Below are positions 36,186-46,961 of a DNA stretch of 64,000 nucleotides, piece after piece (positions within the stretch are counted from its first letter, which is position 1; every line of letters starts with the position of its first letter). The notes under the pieces were generated by a model. The model made no database searches. It was not told where the DNA came from and saw nothing but the letters and a program-made list of their open reading frames with translations. A program made the translations under genes and the position numbers. This DNA comes from Clostridia bacterium (lineage in GTDB: Bacteria; Bacillota; Clostridia; CAKSNL01; HGM11501), in contig JAZRHF010000052.1 in NCBI GenBank assembly GCA_045644565.1, positions 5,402 through 69,401 of the forward strand, in the 5' to 3' direction.

Positions 36186-37238
36186 TTAATTGTTGCTTTC
36201 GTTAATTTCTTCCTTGGCGTCCTTGCCCACTCTTCCCCAATAACGGAAAACGAGAGCTCCAAGTATTCCGATACATGCTATCGCAAGAGCCCAGGGCTTT
36301 GACTTAAAGCAAACAACCGCAATGGCTCCGAGAAGAATACAGATTGTGTATATAATCAAAACAACCTGTTTCTGTGAAAATCCTCTGTCCATAAGCCTGT
36401 GATGAAGATGTCCTCTGTCGGGAGACATTATGGGACGATGCTCCTTAATTCTTCTCAAAATTGCAAAGCTGGTATCAAAAATCGGAATACCAAATGCAAT
36501 AAAGGGTACCGCAAAGGAAATTATTGCATGAATTTTGAAAAGTCCGGAAACGGAAATTACCGCCATTACAAAGCCTAAAAATGTAGAGCCTGTATCACCC
36601 ATAAAAATGGATGCAGGATTAAAGTTATAGGGTAAAAATCCGAAGCAGGAACCAACCAGTGCTGCAGTTAATATCGCAATGCCGTATTCTCCCTGCATAA
36701 GAGCAACCAGGAAAACGGAAAACGAAGCTATTGCCGAAACGCCTGCCGCAAGACCGTCAAGACCGTCAATTAAGTTAACGGCATTGGTAAGTCCCACAAT
36801 CCAGAGAATTGTGATGGGATAAGAAAGCCATCCGAATTCAAATCCTCCGCTTTCCATGAAGGGAAGTATTATTCTCTCAATTCTGACACCGCATATTACG
36901 GGAATTGCCGCCGCAACAATCTGCACTGCAAACTTAAACTTTGCACCAAGGCCGTATTTATCGTCAAATATGCCAAGCACAACCATAATAATTGCACCTG
37001 CCATCATTCCGATAAACTCAATATCCGCCTTGTAAAAGCAAAGAGTTGTAACAAGAAATCCCGCAAAAATCGCCAGTCCTCCAATTAAGGGGGTAGGCTT
37101 TTTGTGCACTCTTCTTTTGTCCTTGGGAACATCTATCGCACCGATTTTCACCGCCAAAATTTTAGCCAAAGGTGTTGTTGCAAAAGCGACGGCAAACGCA
37201 ACTACAAATGAAAGAATTATCTTCATTGTATCTGTCAA
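36186..37238 (-). CDS. MraY/WecA-family polyprenyl-phosphate N-acetylhexosamine-1-phosphate transferase (TagO/WecA-like)
   Basis: Multi-TM protein with NAVNLIDGLDGLA and FMGDTGS motifs. Confidence 0.85.
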   Translation of the reverse strand: MTDTMKIILSFVVAFAVAFATTPLAKILAVKIGAIDVPKDKRRVHKKPTPLIGGLAIFAGFLVTTLCFYKADIEFIGMMAGAIIMVVLGIFDDKYGLGAKFKFAVQIVAAAIPVICGVRIERIILPFMESGGFEFGWLSYPITILWIVGLTNAVNLIDGLDGLAAGVSAIASFSVFLVALMQGEYGIAILTAALVGSCFGFLPYNFNPASIFMGDTGSTFLGFVMAVISVSGLFKIHAIISFAVPFIAFGIPIFDTSFAILRRIKEHRPIMSPDRGHLHHRLMDRGFSQKQVVLIIYTICILLGAIAVVCFKSKPWALAIACIGILGALVFRYWGRVGKDAKEEINESNN

Positions 37239-37250
37239 TCAAATTCACTC

Positions 37251-38246
37251 CTATCTTGCAACAAAGCCAATCTTCTTGTAAACCTTGTCAAGTGTTCTCT
37301 GTGCTACTCTACCTGCAATTTCAGCACCGTTTTTGTAAACGCTTTCAACATAGTCCTTGTTCTTTGAAATGTCTTCATACTTTTCTCTTACGGGACGAAG
37401 CATTTCTATTACAGCTTCTGCGGTCTGAACCTTGAAATCACCATAGCCGAGACCTGAGAAACGATTTACGGATTCTTCTATTGTTGCTCCTGTTGCTATT
37501 GAATAGATGGAAAGAAGGTTATTTATACCATCCTTGCCCTCTCTGTATTCAATCTTCGCTTCGGAGTCTGTTACCGCACTCTTGAACTTTTTCATAATTA
37601 CTTCAGGAGCGTCAAGTATTCCGATGTTTCCCTTGGGATCTGATTTACTCATTTTACTTGTAGGATCGGCTAAGCTCATAACCTTTGCGCCAACCTTCGG
37701 AATAACTGCTTCGGGTACTTTGAATGTATCTCCGTAAACCCCGTTAAATCTTGCAGCAATGGTCTGCGCAAGTTCAAGATGCTGTTTCTGGTCAATTCCT
37801 ACCGGCACCTTGTCTGTCTGATACAAAAGAATATCTGCAGCCATAAGTATGGGATATGTGAAAAGACCTGCATTTATATTATCCGCATGCTTCTGAGATT
37901 TATCCTTAAACTGGGTCATTCTTGAAAGCTCACCCATGTAGGTGTAACAGTTAAGAACCCATGCAAGCTGAGCGTGTGCAGGCACATGGCTCTGAAAATA
38001 TATAAGACTCTTTTCAGGGTCAAGTCCGCAGGCTAAATAAAGAGCCAGAAACTCCATACATCTTGCTCTGAGTTCCTTAGGATCCTGTCTTACAGTTATG
38101 CAATGCTCGTCCACAACGCAGAAGCAGCAATCATACTCTTCCTGCATTTTGAGCCAGTTTTTAACCGCACCTATATATCCGCCGAGACCTAAAGCACCTG
38201 AGGGCTGAATCCCGGAAAATACTCTCTCTCTTCTTTCTTCGCTCAT
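37251..38246 (-). CDS. trpS: tryptophan--tRNA ligase
   Basis: FSGIQPSG N-terminus and KMSKSD loop. 331 aa. Confidence 0.95.
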   Translation of the reverse strand: MSEERRERVFSGIQPSGALGLGGYIGAVKNWLKMQEEYDCCFCVVDEHCITVRQDPKELRARCMEFLALYLACGLDPEKSLIYFQSHVPAHAQLAWVLNCYTYMGELSRMTQFKDKSQKHADNINAGLFTYPILMAADILLYQTDKVPVGIDQKQHLELAQTIAARFNGVYGDTFKVPEAVIPKVGAKVMSLADPTSKMSKSDPKGNIGILDAPEVIMKKFKSAVTDSEAKIEYREGKDGINNLLSIYSIATGATIEESVNRFSGLGYGDFKVQTAEAVIEMLRPVREKYEDISKNKDYVESVYKNGAEIAGRVAQRTLDKVYKKIGFVAR

Positions 38247-38387
38247 AAAAGAGCCTCCTTTGTCTTAATACATAATCATACATGTTATATTTTACCACAA
38301 AAATCCAGCTTTGTAAAGTATAAAAGTAATTTTCGGGACAAGTTTTTCATAGATATATAAAAAAGATTTATTACGAAAGGAGATACT

Positions 38388-39335
38388 ATGAAAGCAGAAC
38401 TTATATGTGCCTTTACAATTTTTTCCGTAATGCTTTTCACTCCATGTCTTACCTTTGAAAAAGAAACTCAAAATGTAAGCGAAAACAACTCCGTCACAGA
38501 AGCAGAAACCACCTATGAAGAGCCTACGGTTTCAGTTCTTAACATATATGACGGAAGCGTTTTTTCCGTTCCCATGGAGGAATACCTTTTAGGAGTGGTT
38601 TTGGCAGAAATGCCTGCAAGCTTTGAAAACGAAGCCTTAAAGTCACAAAGCGTTGCCGCAAGAACTTATACCCTCGGGAAATTAACCTCCCCCTCCCACG
38701 ATAACGCCGATATATGCATGGCGGCATCCTGTTGTCAGGCATATATTTATCCGTCGCTATATGAAGGCGGTGAGGACAACCTTATAAAAGTAAAAAATGC
38801 GGTGGATAGCACCCGCGGAGAAATTATGACCTACAATTCAGAGCCTGTTTTGGCTGTATTTCATTCCATGAGTGCAGGTAAAACAGAGGATGCCGAAAAC
38901 GTATGGGGTTCAAGTGTTCCCTATCTCAAATCCGCAGAAAGCGAGGGCGAAAAAGTTCTTGAAAAATTCGAGACCACTTACGCAATAAGCTTTTCGGAAT
39001 TTGCAAAGAAAATAAATTCCGTCGCGGCAGATGCCCTTCTCACTTCTCCCGAAGAAATAGAAAAGCCCCTGTTAAGCGATGCAGGATATGTAAAATCAAT
39101 AAAAATCGGAAACCGCACCTTTACGGGAAGCGAAATAAGAAGTATTTTCTCCCTACGCTCCGCATCTTTCAATATCAAAGCTGATGAATCCCTTGTCACC
39201 TTCACCGTTAAGGGCTACGGTCACGGCGTTGGAATGAGCCAGCACGGTGCAAACCAAATGGCAAAGAAAGGTAAAAAGTACGACGAAATATTAAAACATT
39301 ACTATAAAGGCGTTGAAATTGACATGATAAAATAA
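38388..39335 (+). CDS. spoIID: stage II sporulation protein D (SpoIID/LytB domain)
   Basis: EEYLLGVVLAEMP, ALKSQSVAARTY and GHGVGMSQHGA motifs. Confidence 0.92.
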   Translation: MKAELICAFTIFSVMLFTPCLTFEKETQNVSENNSVTEAETTYEEPTVSVLNIYDGSVFSVPMEEYLLGVVLAEMPASFENEALKSQSVAARTYTLGKLTSPSHDNADICMAASCCQAYIYPSLYEGGEDNLIKVKNAVDSTRGEIMTYNSEPVLAVFHSMSAGKTEDAENVWGSSVPYLKSAESEGEKVLEKFETTYAISFSEFAKKINSVAADALLTSPEEIEKPLLSDAGYVKSIKIGNRTFTGSEIRSIFSLRSASFNIKADESLVTFTVKGYGHGVGMSQHGANQMAKKGKKYDEILKHYYKGVEIDMIK

Positions 39336-39366
39336 AAGCCTTTTGCGTTTCGCAAAAGGCTTTTAT
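39334..39366. terminator. bidirectional terminator
   Basis: GCCTTTTGCG-TTT-CGCAAAAGGC flanked by A/T runs. Confidence 0.8.
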
Positions 39367-39367
39367 T

Positions 39368-40177
39368 TTACTTTATTCCTTTCATCCAGAGCAGAGCAAG
39401 GTGAGTCCATTCTGCCGCAGATTCGTTTACCCAGGCAGGGTTTCCAACCTCGGTAATTTTATTGGCAAGTGCCATTCCGTGAGGAGCTTCACGGAAGATA
39501 TGAAGCTCAAAGGGGATTTTTGCATCGGCATAAGCCTTTGCAAAGGTAAGGGCATTATACACGGGAACCGCCGTATCTGTCGATGTATGTACGATAAATG
39601 CAGGTGAGGATTTTTCGTCAACCCTTGTCTCCAATGAATATTCGGCAAGCTCGGCATCTGTAGGTTCCAAACTTCCCGTAAGGTTCTGGAACGAGCCTTT
39701 GTGTGTGGGAACAAGGGCGGAAATTACGGGATACACGGGGATGATACCGGTGGGTTTGTTAAAGCCGAAGGGCATATCAATTTCCTTATATATTTCGTCC
39801 ATATGCCAGAGTGTTCCGAGGCTTGCGCAAAGGTGACCGCCTGCAGAAAATCCCGTTGCGAAAACTCTTTCGGGATTAAGTCCGTAAAGGTCAGCGTTTT
39901 CCTTTATGTATTTCATCGCCTTTGATGCTTCAATTAAGGGACGGGGGAATTTCGCATTTTCACCAACGGAATAGTGAAGAACGAAGGCGCAAAGTCCCTT
40001 TGCCACAAAGTCAAGAGCAATGGGCTCGCCCTCTCTGTCATAGCAAACACAGGCATATCCCCCTCCGGGAATTACCAAAATTGCGTCACGAACGAAGCCT
40101 TGAAGCTTCTCGGGAGCATAAACCTCTAAATATATATTTTCATCTGTTTCAGAAAGTGCTATTTTTTCGTATATCAT
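39368..40177 (-). CDS. alpha/beta hydrolase (esterase/lipase-type)
   Basis: ATG at 40177. Nucleophile elbow GFSAGGH, with C-terminal D and H (APHGM). Confidence 0.8.
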   Translation of the reverse strand: MIYEKIALSETDENIYLEVYAPEKLQGFVRDAILVIPGGGYACVCYDREGEPIALDFVAKGLCAFVLHYSVGENAKFPRPLIEASKAMKYIKENADLYGLNPERVFATGFSAGGHLCASLGTLWHMDEIYKEIDMPFGFNKPTGIIPVYPVISALVPTHKGSFQNLTGSLEPTDAELAEYSLETRVDEKSSPAFIVHTSTDTAVPVYNALTFAKAYADAKIPFELHIFREAPHGMALANKITEVGNPAWVNESAAEWTHLALLWMKGIK

Positions 40178-40320
40178 AAAATCATTCCTTTCGATGTAGT
40201 ACACTGTAATTATATCTGTTTCCTGAATTAAAGTCAACGAAAAATATCATTTATTTATTGAATTTTCTTCCTTTTAATGTTATAATATAAGGTAATGCAA
40301 AAAGAAAGGACGGAATTCCT

Positions 40321-41436
40321 TTGATTTATCTTGATAACAGCGCAACAACAAAGCCCTCAGAGGCATCCGTAAAAGCGGTTTGCCGAATGATGGAAGAAGA
40401 ATTCGGAAATCCTTCTTCCAGGTACACTTTAGGGCTTCGTGCGGAAAAAATATTAACAGAAGCAAGAGAGGCTGTCGCCTCCTCCCTTCACGTAAATGCA
40501 AAGAACATAATTTTCACATCGGGCGGAACGGAAAGCGACAATCTGGCAATAATAGGCGGTGCCAACATAAAAGCAGGACGCCGTATTGTTACCACGGAAA
40601 TTGAGCACGATGCGGTAAAAAATGCATTTTTGCATCTTGAATCATTGGGCTTTGAAGTTGTTTTCGTTGCTCCCGAACCTGACGGCAGGGTATTACCCGA
40701 AAAAATTCTTGATGCGGTAGATGACAAAACCTCCCTTGTAAGCGTGATGCACGTAAATAACGAAACGGGAGCTATCCTTCCCATTGAAAAGCTCAGCCCT
40801 ATGATTAAAAGAAAAGCACCGAGAGCACTTTTCCATGTAGATGCGGTGCAGTCCTACGGAAAAATTGACCTTTATCCCGCAAAATGGGGCGTTGACTTAA
40901 TGACGGTAAGCAGTCACAAGGTTCACGGACCAAAGGGCGTTGGTGCTTTATATAAAGCGGACAAGGTTACGGGCTTAAAGCCCACAGCCTTCGGAGGCGG
41001 TCAGGAAGGAAACTTACGATCGGGAACGGAAAATCTTCCCGGTATTGCAGGATTTGGCGAAGCCGCAAAGGAGATTAATCCAAAGGAGCATTTTGAAAGA
41101 GTAAAAGTTCTCAAAGAAAGCTTTGCAAATAAGCTTTTGGCTCTTCCCGATGTTTACTTAAACGGAAATTTAGATGCTTCCTCACCCTATGTATTAAACG
41201 TATCCTTTAAGGGCATCCGCTCGGAAATTATGCTTAATTCCCTTTCCGAGGAAGAAATTTTCGTAAGCTCCGGCTCTGCCTGTGCAAAGGGTGCAAAAAC
41301 AAGCTCCACTCTTAAGGCTATGAATGTTCCCTATCCCGACAACGCCATAAGGTTCAGCTTTTCAAAACACACCACCGAAGAAGAATTAAATAAAACTTAT
41401 GAAATTATAATAAAGAAACTGGAGATATTAAGATGA
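40321..41436 (+). CDS. iscS: cysteine desulfurase (class V aminotransferase, NifS/IscS-like)
   Basis: IYLDNSATT N-terminus and SSHKVHGPKG PLP-lysine. Overlaps thiI. Confidence 0.9.
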   Translation: MIYLDNSATTKPSEASVKAVCRMMEEEFGNPSSRYTLGLRAEKILTEAREAVASSLHVNAKNIIFTSGGTESDNLAIIGGANIKAGRRIVTTEIEHDAVKNAFLHLESLGFEVVFVAPEPDGRVLPEKILDAVDDKTSLVSVMHVNNETGAILPIEKLSPMIKRKAPRALFHVDAVQSYGKIDLYPAKWGVDLMTVSSHKVHGPKGVGALYKADKVTGLKPTAFGGGQEGNLRSGTENLPGIAGFGEAAKEINPKEHFERVKVLKESFANKLLALPDVYLNGNLDASSPYVLNVSFKGIRSEIMLNSLSEEEIFVSSGSACAKGAKTSSTLKAMNVPYPDNAIRFSFSKHTTEEELNKTYEIIIKKLEILR

Positions 41437-42605
41437 GAGAAATGATACTTGCCAAAACAGGCGAACTTATATTAAAGGGCGGAAACCGCCGCCGTTTTCA
41501 GGATATGCTTAAAGGAAATATGAAGCGTAGCCTTAAATCCGTGGGCGATTTTTCCATATTCGATCAGCAGGCAACGGTTTATGTGCTTCCCGAAAGAGAA
41601 GATGACATTGATGAAATGCTTAACCGCCTTTCAAAGGTTTTCGGTATAGTAAATCTTTCCCGTGCGGGCATAATAGAAAAAGACATGGAGAAAATTATGA
41701 ACTTCGCACCGGAATATTTAAGAGACACTTTAATTAGCGTAAACTCCTTTAAGGTTGAATCACGCCGTGCGGATAAGTCATTCCCCTATAAATCACCCGA
41801 AATTTCCGCAATGACAGGGGGCGCTCTCCTTGAAGCATTCCCCCACCTTAAGGTTGATGTATTAAATCCCGATGTGGTGGTTCGTGTTGAAATAAGAGAC
41901 ACCGATGCTTTCGTTTATGCAGGAAGAATCAAGGCTGCAGGCGGTATGCCCACAGGCACCAACGGAAGAGCAATGCTTTTATTATCAGGCGGTATCGACA
42001 GCCCCGTTGCAGGTCATATGATTGCAAAGCGTGGAGTTTATCTTGAGGGAATCCACTTTTTCAGCTATCCCTATACAGGTGAAAAGGCAAAGGAAAAGGT
42101 TTTGACATTGGCTGACCGTCTTGCGGACTACACAGGAAGTATGCCTCTTCACATCGTTCCCTTTACAGAAGCACAGCTTGCCATTCGTGACAACTGTCCT
42201 TCGGAGCATATGACACTCATTATGAGAAGAATGATGATGAAAATTGCAAACGAAGTTGCAAAAAAGAGAGAATGTCAGGGACTTATAACAGGTGAATCCA
42301 TCGGGCAGGTTGCAAGTCAGACCGTTTGGGCATTGGGTGTTACGGATTCTGTAACAGACATTCCCGTTTTCCGTCCCTGCATCGGTATGGATAAGGATGA
42401 AATCGTTCAGATTGCAAGAAAAATCGACACCTTTGAAACCTCCATCCTTCCCTATGAGGATTGCTGTACGGTGTTTACTCCAAAGCATCCCACGACCAGA
42501 CCCAATATCGAAAACATATTAAAAAGCGAAAGCCACATTCCCTTTGATGAGCTTTGTCAGAAGGCTATCGAAGGAATTGAAACAATCGGTATAAAAAAAT
42601 ATTAA
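41433..42605 (+). CDS. thiI: tRNA 4-thiouridine synthase
   Basis: THUMP region followed by the PP-loop LLSGGIDSPVA. Confidence 0.92.
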   Translation: MREMILAKTGELILKGGNRRRFQDMLKGNMKRSLKSVGDFSIFDQQATVYVLPEREDDIDEMLNRLSKVFGIVNLSRAGIIEKDMEKIMNFAPEYLRDTLISVNSFKVESRRADKSFPYKSPEISAMTGGALLEAFPHLKVDVLNPDVVVRVEIRDTDAFVYAGRIKAAGGMPTGTNGRAMLLLSGGIDSPVAGHMIAKRGVYLEGIHFFSYPYTGEKAKEKVLTLADRLADYTGSMPLHIVPFTEAQLAIRDNCPSEHMTLIMRRMMMKIANEVAKKRECQGLITGESIGQVASQTVWALGVTDSVTDIPVFRPCIGMDKDEIVQIARKIDTFETSILPYEDCCTVFTPKHPTTRPNIENILKSESHIPFDELCQKAIEGIETIGIKKY

Positions 42606-42625
42606 TTCCGAAAGGATTGACTTAA

Positions 42626-43867
42626 TTGAACGCTGAAATTCTTGCAATAGGAACAGAGCTTTTAATGGGACAGATTGCAAACACCAACGCCCAGTTTATA
42701 ACCGCAAGGTTATCGGAGCTTGGAGTAAATGTCCATTATCACACGGTAGTTGGCGACAATGCAGAAAGATTAAAAGAGTCTCTCACCCTTGCCTTTTCCA
42801 GAAGCGACTGTGTAATTATGACTGGTGGACTTGGCCCCACCTATGACGATATGACAAAGGAAACCGTGGCAGAATATTTCAATATGCCCCTTAAAATGGA
42901 CGAAGTGGCACTAAATCAGATTACGGAATATTTCAAAAGTCGCGGGCGTGTGATGTCAGAGTCCAATAAGAAACAAGCGTTAATCCCCGAAGGGGCAATA
43001 ACGCTTTACAACAAGTTCGGAACTGCACCGGGTGTTTTAATTGAAAAGGACGGCAAAATCGCCGTTATGATGCCCGGTCCTCCCCGTGAAATGAAGCCTA
43101 TGTTTACGGAATATCTCATTCCGTTTTTAGAAGAAAAAAGCGGCGTTACGGTAAAGTCAGATTTCATCCGCATTTTCGGCATCGGCGAGGCAGAGGCTGA
43201 AAGCAAAATAACCCATCTCACTTCCTGCGATAATCCCACGGTTGCGCCCTATGTAAATCCGGGTGAGCTTTCACTCCGCATAAGTGCAAGGGCTAAAACC
43301 AAAGATGAAGCAGAAGCCATGATTGCTCCCGTAAAAAAAGAGCTTTACGACATTTTCGGAGATATGATTTACGGCGAAGGGCTCACCTATTCCCTTCCGG
43401 AGTGTGTGCTTGAATTGCTCCGTGAGAAAAAGCTTACATTTTCCTCTGCAGAAAGCTGCACAGGCGGTATGATTGCATCTGCAATAACAGACCTTCCCGG
43501 CTCATCGGAGGTATTTTTATACGGTGCAGTTACCTATGCAAATTCCGCCAAGGTTATGGCAGTAGATGTTTCTCCCGAAACTTTAGAAAAATACGGTGCG
43601 GTGTCGGAGGAAACAGTACTCCAGATGGCAAGAGGTGTTCGCCTTAAATCCGGAAGTGACATCGGCGTTTCCACAAGCGGTATTGCAGGTCCCACAGGCG
43701 GCACTCCCGATAAACCTGTGGGCACGGTATGGATTGCAATATCCACAGAAAAATGCGAAAAAGCAATAAAGCTTTTCATCCCCGGTGCGAGAGACCGTGT
43801 GAGAAATGCGGCAATGCTTAATGTATATGACCTTATAAGAAAAGCTATATTGGAGGATTTGGTATGA
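42626..43867 (+). CDS. cinA: CinA-family competence/damage-inducible protein (MoCF-type N-domain plus PncC-like C-domain)
   Basis: MNAEILAIGTELLMGQIANTN N-terminus and a C-terminal SAESCTGG. Confidence 0.92.
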   Translation: MNAEILAIGTELLMGQIANTNAQFITARLSELGVNVHYHTVVGDNAERLKESLTLAFSRSDCVIMTGGLGPTYDDMTKETVAEYFNMPLKMDEVALNQITEYFKSRGRVMSESNKKQALIPEGAITLYNKFGTAPGVLIEKDGKIAVMMPGPPREMKPMFTEYLIPFLEEKSGVTVKSDFIRIFGIGEAEAESKITHLTSCDNPTVAPYVNPGELSLRISARAKTKDEAEAMIAPVKKELYDIFGDMIYGEGLTYSLPECVLELLREKKLTFSSAESCTGGMIASAITDLPGSSEVFLYGAVTYANSAKVMAVDVSPETLEKYGAVSEETVLQMARGVRLKSGSDIGVSTSGIAGPTGGTPDKPVGTVWIAISTEKCEKAIKLFIPGARDRVRNAAMLNVYDLIRKAILEDLV

Positions 43868-44676
43868 TTAACTTATGGGAAAAGGAAAACATTCCCCTTT
43901 ATGATGAAGAAAAAGGGCAAAATCCCGAAATGGAAGCATTTTTAATCGATTCCGATAAGCCTCTCGGTGCAGTTATCATATTCCCCGGCGGAGGCTATCA
44001 CCATTTATCGCTGGAAAATGAAGGTTCAAAAATTGCAGAATTTTACAACAACAACGGCTTTAATGCATTCGTTGTAACCTATCGACTCACCCCCTACAAC
44101 CACCCTGCAATGTTACTTGATGCCCTTCGTGCAATAAGGCTTGTACGCTATAATGCAGAAAAATTCAACGTAAATCCCGATCAGATTGCAATCCTCGGCT
44201 TTTCCGCAGGCGGTCATTTGGCAGGAAGCTTATACACCCACTATGATTTTGAATATGAAAAACAGGATGAAATTGACGAAGTTTCCGCCCGTCCCAACGG
44301 AGCGATTTTATGCTACGGCGTTTTATCCTTAAGCAGCAAGTACACCCACTCGGGTTCAAGGCAAAATCTTCTTTCGGACTATTCAGGTGAAGAATATATG
44401 CGTCTTTCCGACTTCCTCTCTGCTGAAAAGCAGGTTACGGAAGACACTCCCCCCGCCTTTTTGTGGCATACGGCAGCGGACCCCGTTGTTCCCGTATCAA
44501 ACAGCATTGATATGGCAAAGGCACTTTCGGAGAAAAAGATTCCCTTTGAATTACATATCTATCCCACAGGCGGACACGGTATGGGGCTTGCACCACAAAA
44601 GCCCCACGTAACAAGTTGGGCACCACTTAGCGCCGCATGGCTCCGTGATGAGTTAGGTTTCACATACAAGGATTAA
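43864..44676 (+). CDS. alpha/beta hydrolase (acetyl-esterase-like)
   Basis: GFSAGGHL nucleophile elbow with HTAADPVVP and GGHGMG. Confidence 0.8.
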   Translation: MINLWEKENIPLYDEEKGQNPEMEAFLIDSDKPLGAVIIFPGGGYHHLSLENEGSKIAEFYNNNGFNAFVVTYRLTPYNHPAMLLDALRAIRLVRYNAEKFNVNPDQIAILGFSAGGHLAGSLYTHYDFEYEKQDEIDEVSARPNGAILCYGVLSLSSKYTHSGSRQNLLSDYSGEEYMRLSDFLSAEKQVTEDTPPAFLWHTAADPVVPVSNSIDMAKALSEKKIPFELHIYPTGGHGMGLAPQKPHVTSWAPLSAAWLRDELGFTYKD

Positions 44677-44684
44677 ATGAAAAA

Positions 44685-44713
44685 ACATCGAAGCTTTTGC
44701 TTCGATGTTTTTT
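44685..44713. terminator. bidirectional terminator hairpin, copy A of a repeated hairpin
   Basis: ACATCGAAGC-TTTT-GCTTCGATGT followed by a T-run. Confidence 0.8.
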
Positions 44714-44723
44714 ATTATTCCGG

Positions 44724-46046
44724 TTACATAAGGCCGGGGCCTGTCATTTTATCGGACCAGCCTGCTATTTTGTAATCTCCGTCCGAGAAGAATGCTCGTC
44801 TTGCCACTTCTGCCTGATGGAAGCGTCTTATTTGTGTGGGCAAATCGGGATAGCCTCCGTAAGCCTGTTCTCCCATATAAACGATTTCACCAAAGTTTCT
44901 GAAAAGCGAATGCCAGGTGGTCATCATAACTCCGGGAAGCTTATATTCCTTCGCTTTATCTGCCGCCGCTTTGACATTTTCCCTTCCCTCCCAGGGACCT
45001 GTTACAAAGTCAAATCCCGATTCATCAAACATAGATATTCTCTTGAAGGAATCTACCAACGATCTGGTGTAATCGTAGTATACGATTAAAATGTCCTTTG
45101 AAAGCTTTTTCTGGGCGTATTCATAAAATTCGCCTACGTTAGGACAAAGTATATCGCACCACATTATAGCTCGTCTTCCCACTTTTTTAAGTTCATCGGA
45201 AAGACCGTTCATATAATTAATAACCTCGTCCATTTTTTCAAGGTTGTGAACGCAGAGATACTCCTCGTCGCATCCTATATGGAAATATTTACCCTCGCCG
45301 CAAACTTCAATAAGTTCTGCTCTCACCTTTCTTAAAAGTGACAAAACTTCTTCGTCCTTGAAATTCCAGCTCCAGCCGTAGCAGTTAAACATATAATCTA
45401 AAGAAAGGTTCTGATCGAGTACAACGTGCTTTCCGTTTGCCTCACGACAGCCTGATGCATGAGCAAGATGGTTAAACATGGGAATTACTTCAAGTCCCAG
45501 GGCGTTTGCCTCTTTAACAATAGCTCTTATTTCATCCTTTTCATATGCAATGGGCCAGGAAAGCTCTTTAAGGCAATCATATTTAATCATTCCCCAGAAT
45601 TCCAAAACCACGTGAGTATATTTTGAAACTGCCGCAGTACGGATGCATTTTCTTAAAAATTTAAGCTCTGTTTCGGGGAATATGCAAAAATGGATGCTTC
45701 TGAAAGAAATTTCTCCGCTTCTTCTTAAAATGCCTTTCTTAAAAGAATAGGAATCGCTTTTTCTGTCATAGGAAAGTCCTTCAAGAAAAAGGAAAAATCC
45801 GTGTACTAAATTTGTATAGTTTGTGCCCTTGATGTAAACACCCTTGTCGGTGGCATTTATTACGTTTTCCGCATCTTCTATATCGGCTTTTTCGCCTTCG
45901 CCTATCATAATAACATTTTCTTCGGATGTAAAACTTACATTTTTGTACTTATTGTGTGTGAAATTTCCGAAGATTCCCATTAATGCTTCGTTATTTGCCT
46001 TTTCAGGAAAAGAAAACAAAGTTTTTTCGTCTAAAATAAAGCTCAT
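44724..46046 (-). CDS. glycoside hydrolase family 20-like (beta-N-acetylhexosaminidase-type) protein
   Basis: AAGGAG RBS and ATG at 46046. HIGCDEE catalytic-type motif. TIM-barrel segments VVLEFWG and MFNHLAHAS. Confidence 0.7.
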   Translation of the reverse strand: MSFILDEKTLFSFPEKANNEALMGIFGNFTHNKYKNVSFTSEENVIMIGEGEKADIEDAENVINATDKGVYIKGTNYTNLVHGFFLFLEGLSYDRKSDSYSFKKGILRRSGEISFRSIHFCIFPETELKFLRKCIRTAAVSKYTHVVLEFWGMIKYDCLKELSWPIAYEKDEIRAIVKEANALGLEVIPMFNHLAHASGCREANGKHVVLDQNLSLDYMFNCYGWSWNFKDEEVLSLLRKVRAELIEVCGEGKYFHIGCDEEYLCVHNLEKMDEVINYMNGLSDELKKVGRRAIMWCDILCPNVGEFYEYAQKKLSKDILIVYYDYTRSLVDSFKRISMFDESGFDFVTGPWEGRENVKAAADKAKEYKLPGVMMTTWHSLFRNFGEIVYMGEQAYGGYPDLPTQIRRFHQAEVARRAFFSDGDYKIAGWSDKMTGPGLM

Positions 46047-46100
46047 ATAAATCACTCCTTTTAGCCTAATTATACCACGGGTTAAAGTGGGTTACAAGAA

Positions 46101-46133
46101 GACCTTTCAACACAAATCAGGACTTTTCAACAC
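46101..46133. promoter_or_regulatory. tandem direct repeat GAC(C/T)TTTCAACAC x2 (20-bp period) in the divergent GH20/AraC intergenic region
   Basis: Copies at 46101-46113 and 46121-46133. This is a typical arrangement for AraC-family sites. Confidence 0.4.
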
Positions 46134-46178
46134 TTGATTTCTTCTTTTCCGACTGCTATAATGTAACGGGTGATAAAA

Positions 46179-46928
46179 ATGTCAATCTTAAACAAAAATA
46201 TGAGCATAAAAATAACGAGAGCCGGAACTCTTCACTGGGGTGCCTGCAAAGTAAATGTTGCCCCCAGATCCTATAACACCCTGGTTTACCGCCTGAAAGG
46301 GAACGGAACCTTAACGGGAAAGGATTTTTCTGTTAAGAGCAATGAAGGCGATGTGTTTTTTATGCCAAAAGACACCCCCTACTTTGCCAATTATCACTCG
46401 TACAACGAAATTTTATATATGAATTTTGATTCGGACATAATATCTTTGCCTGAAAACTTTACAGAAGTCCATGATGCAAAAAATCTTTTCGAAAAGCTAA
46501 TATCCGTTTGGGATAAAAAGGAAACGGGGTACTACATCAATTCCCTTTCAATTTTTTGCGACATAATAAAAGCCGTTTCAATTCCGCCTTCTTCTTCTAA
46601 AACCAAAAGCGAAGACTTGTTTGAAAAAGCATTTATATACATAAGGGAAAACTTAAAAAATCCCACCTTGTCGATAGACCGTGTAATTTCCGCATCGGGC
46701 ATCAGCGGAACATATTTCAGACGGCTTTTCATCGAAAAAACAGGCTGTTCCCCAAAAGAATATATAACAAGCGAAAGGCTGAAAATTGCAGAGCAATTAT
46801 TGTTATCGGGTGAATATTCAATCAGCGAAGCCGCACTCATGTCAGGCTTTTCCGATTCAAATTATTTTGCCAGAGTGGTAAAAAAGGAATATGGAGTATC
46901 CCCGTCAAAGCTATATAAACACAAATAA
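46179..46928 (+). CDS. AraC-family transcriptional regulator (cupin plus HTH)
   Basis: C-terminal HTH SGISGTYFRRLF ... AALMSGFSDSNYFARVVKKEYGVSP. Confidence 0.88.
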   Translation: MSILNKNMSIKITRAGTLHWGACKVNVAPRSYNTLVYRLKGNGTLTGKDFSVKSNEGDVFFMPKDTPYFANYHSYNEILYMNFDSDIISLPENFTEVHDAKNLFEKLISVWDKKETGYYINSLSIFCDIIKAVSIPPSSSKTKSEDLFEKAFIYIRENLKNPTLSIDRVISASGISGTYFRRLFIEKTGCSPKEYITSERLKIAEQLLLSGEYSISEAALMSGFSDSNYFARVVKKEYGVSPSKLYKHK

Positions 46929-46930
46929 AA

Positions 46931-46960
46931 AGCATCGAAGCAAAAGCTTCGATGCTTTTT
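46931..46960. terminator. bidirectional terminator hairpin, copy B (same stem as 44685-44713, loop inverted)
   Basis: AGCATCGAAGC-AAAA-GCTTCGATGCT followed by TTTTATTATTC. Confidence 0.8.
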
Positions 46961-46961
46961 A

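Noticed and set aside
38247-38387. A T-box leader upstream of trpS.
   Set aside because: Only about 140 bp is available, shared with the divergent spoIID promoter. No specifier/T-box sequence or terminator-antiterminator pair is visible.
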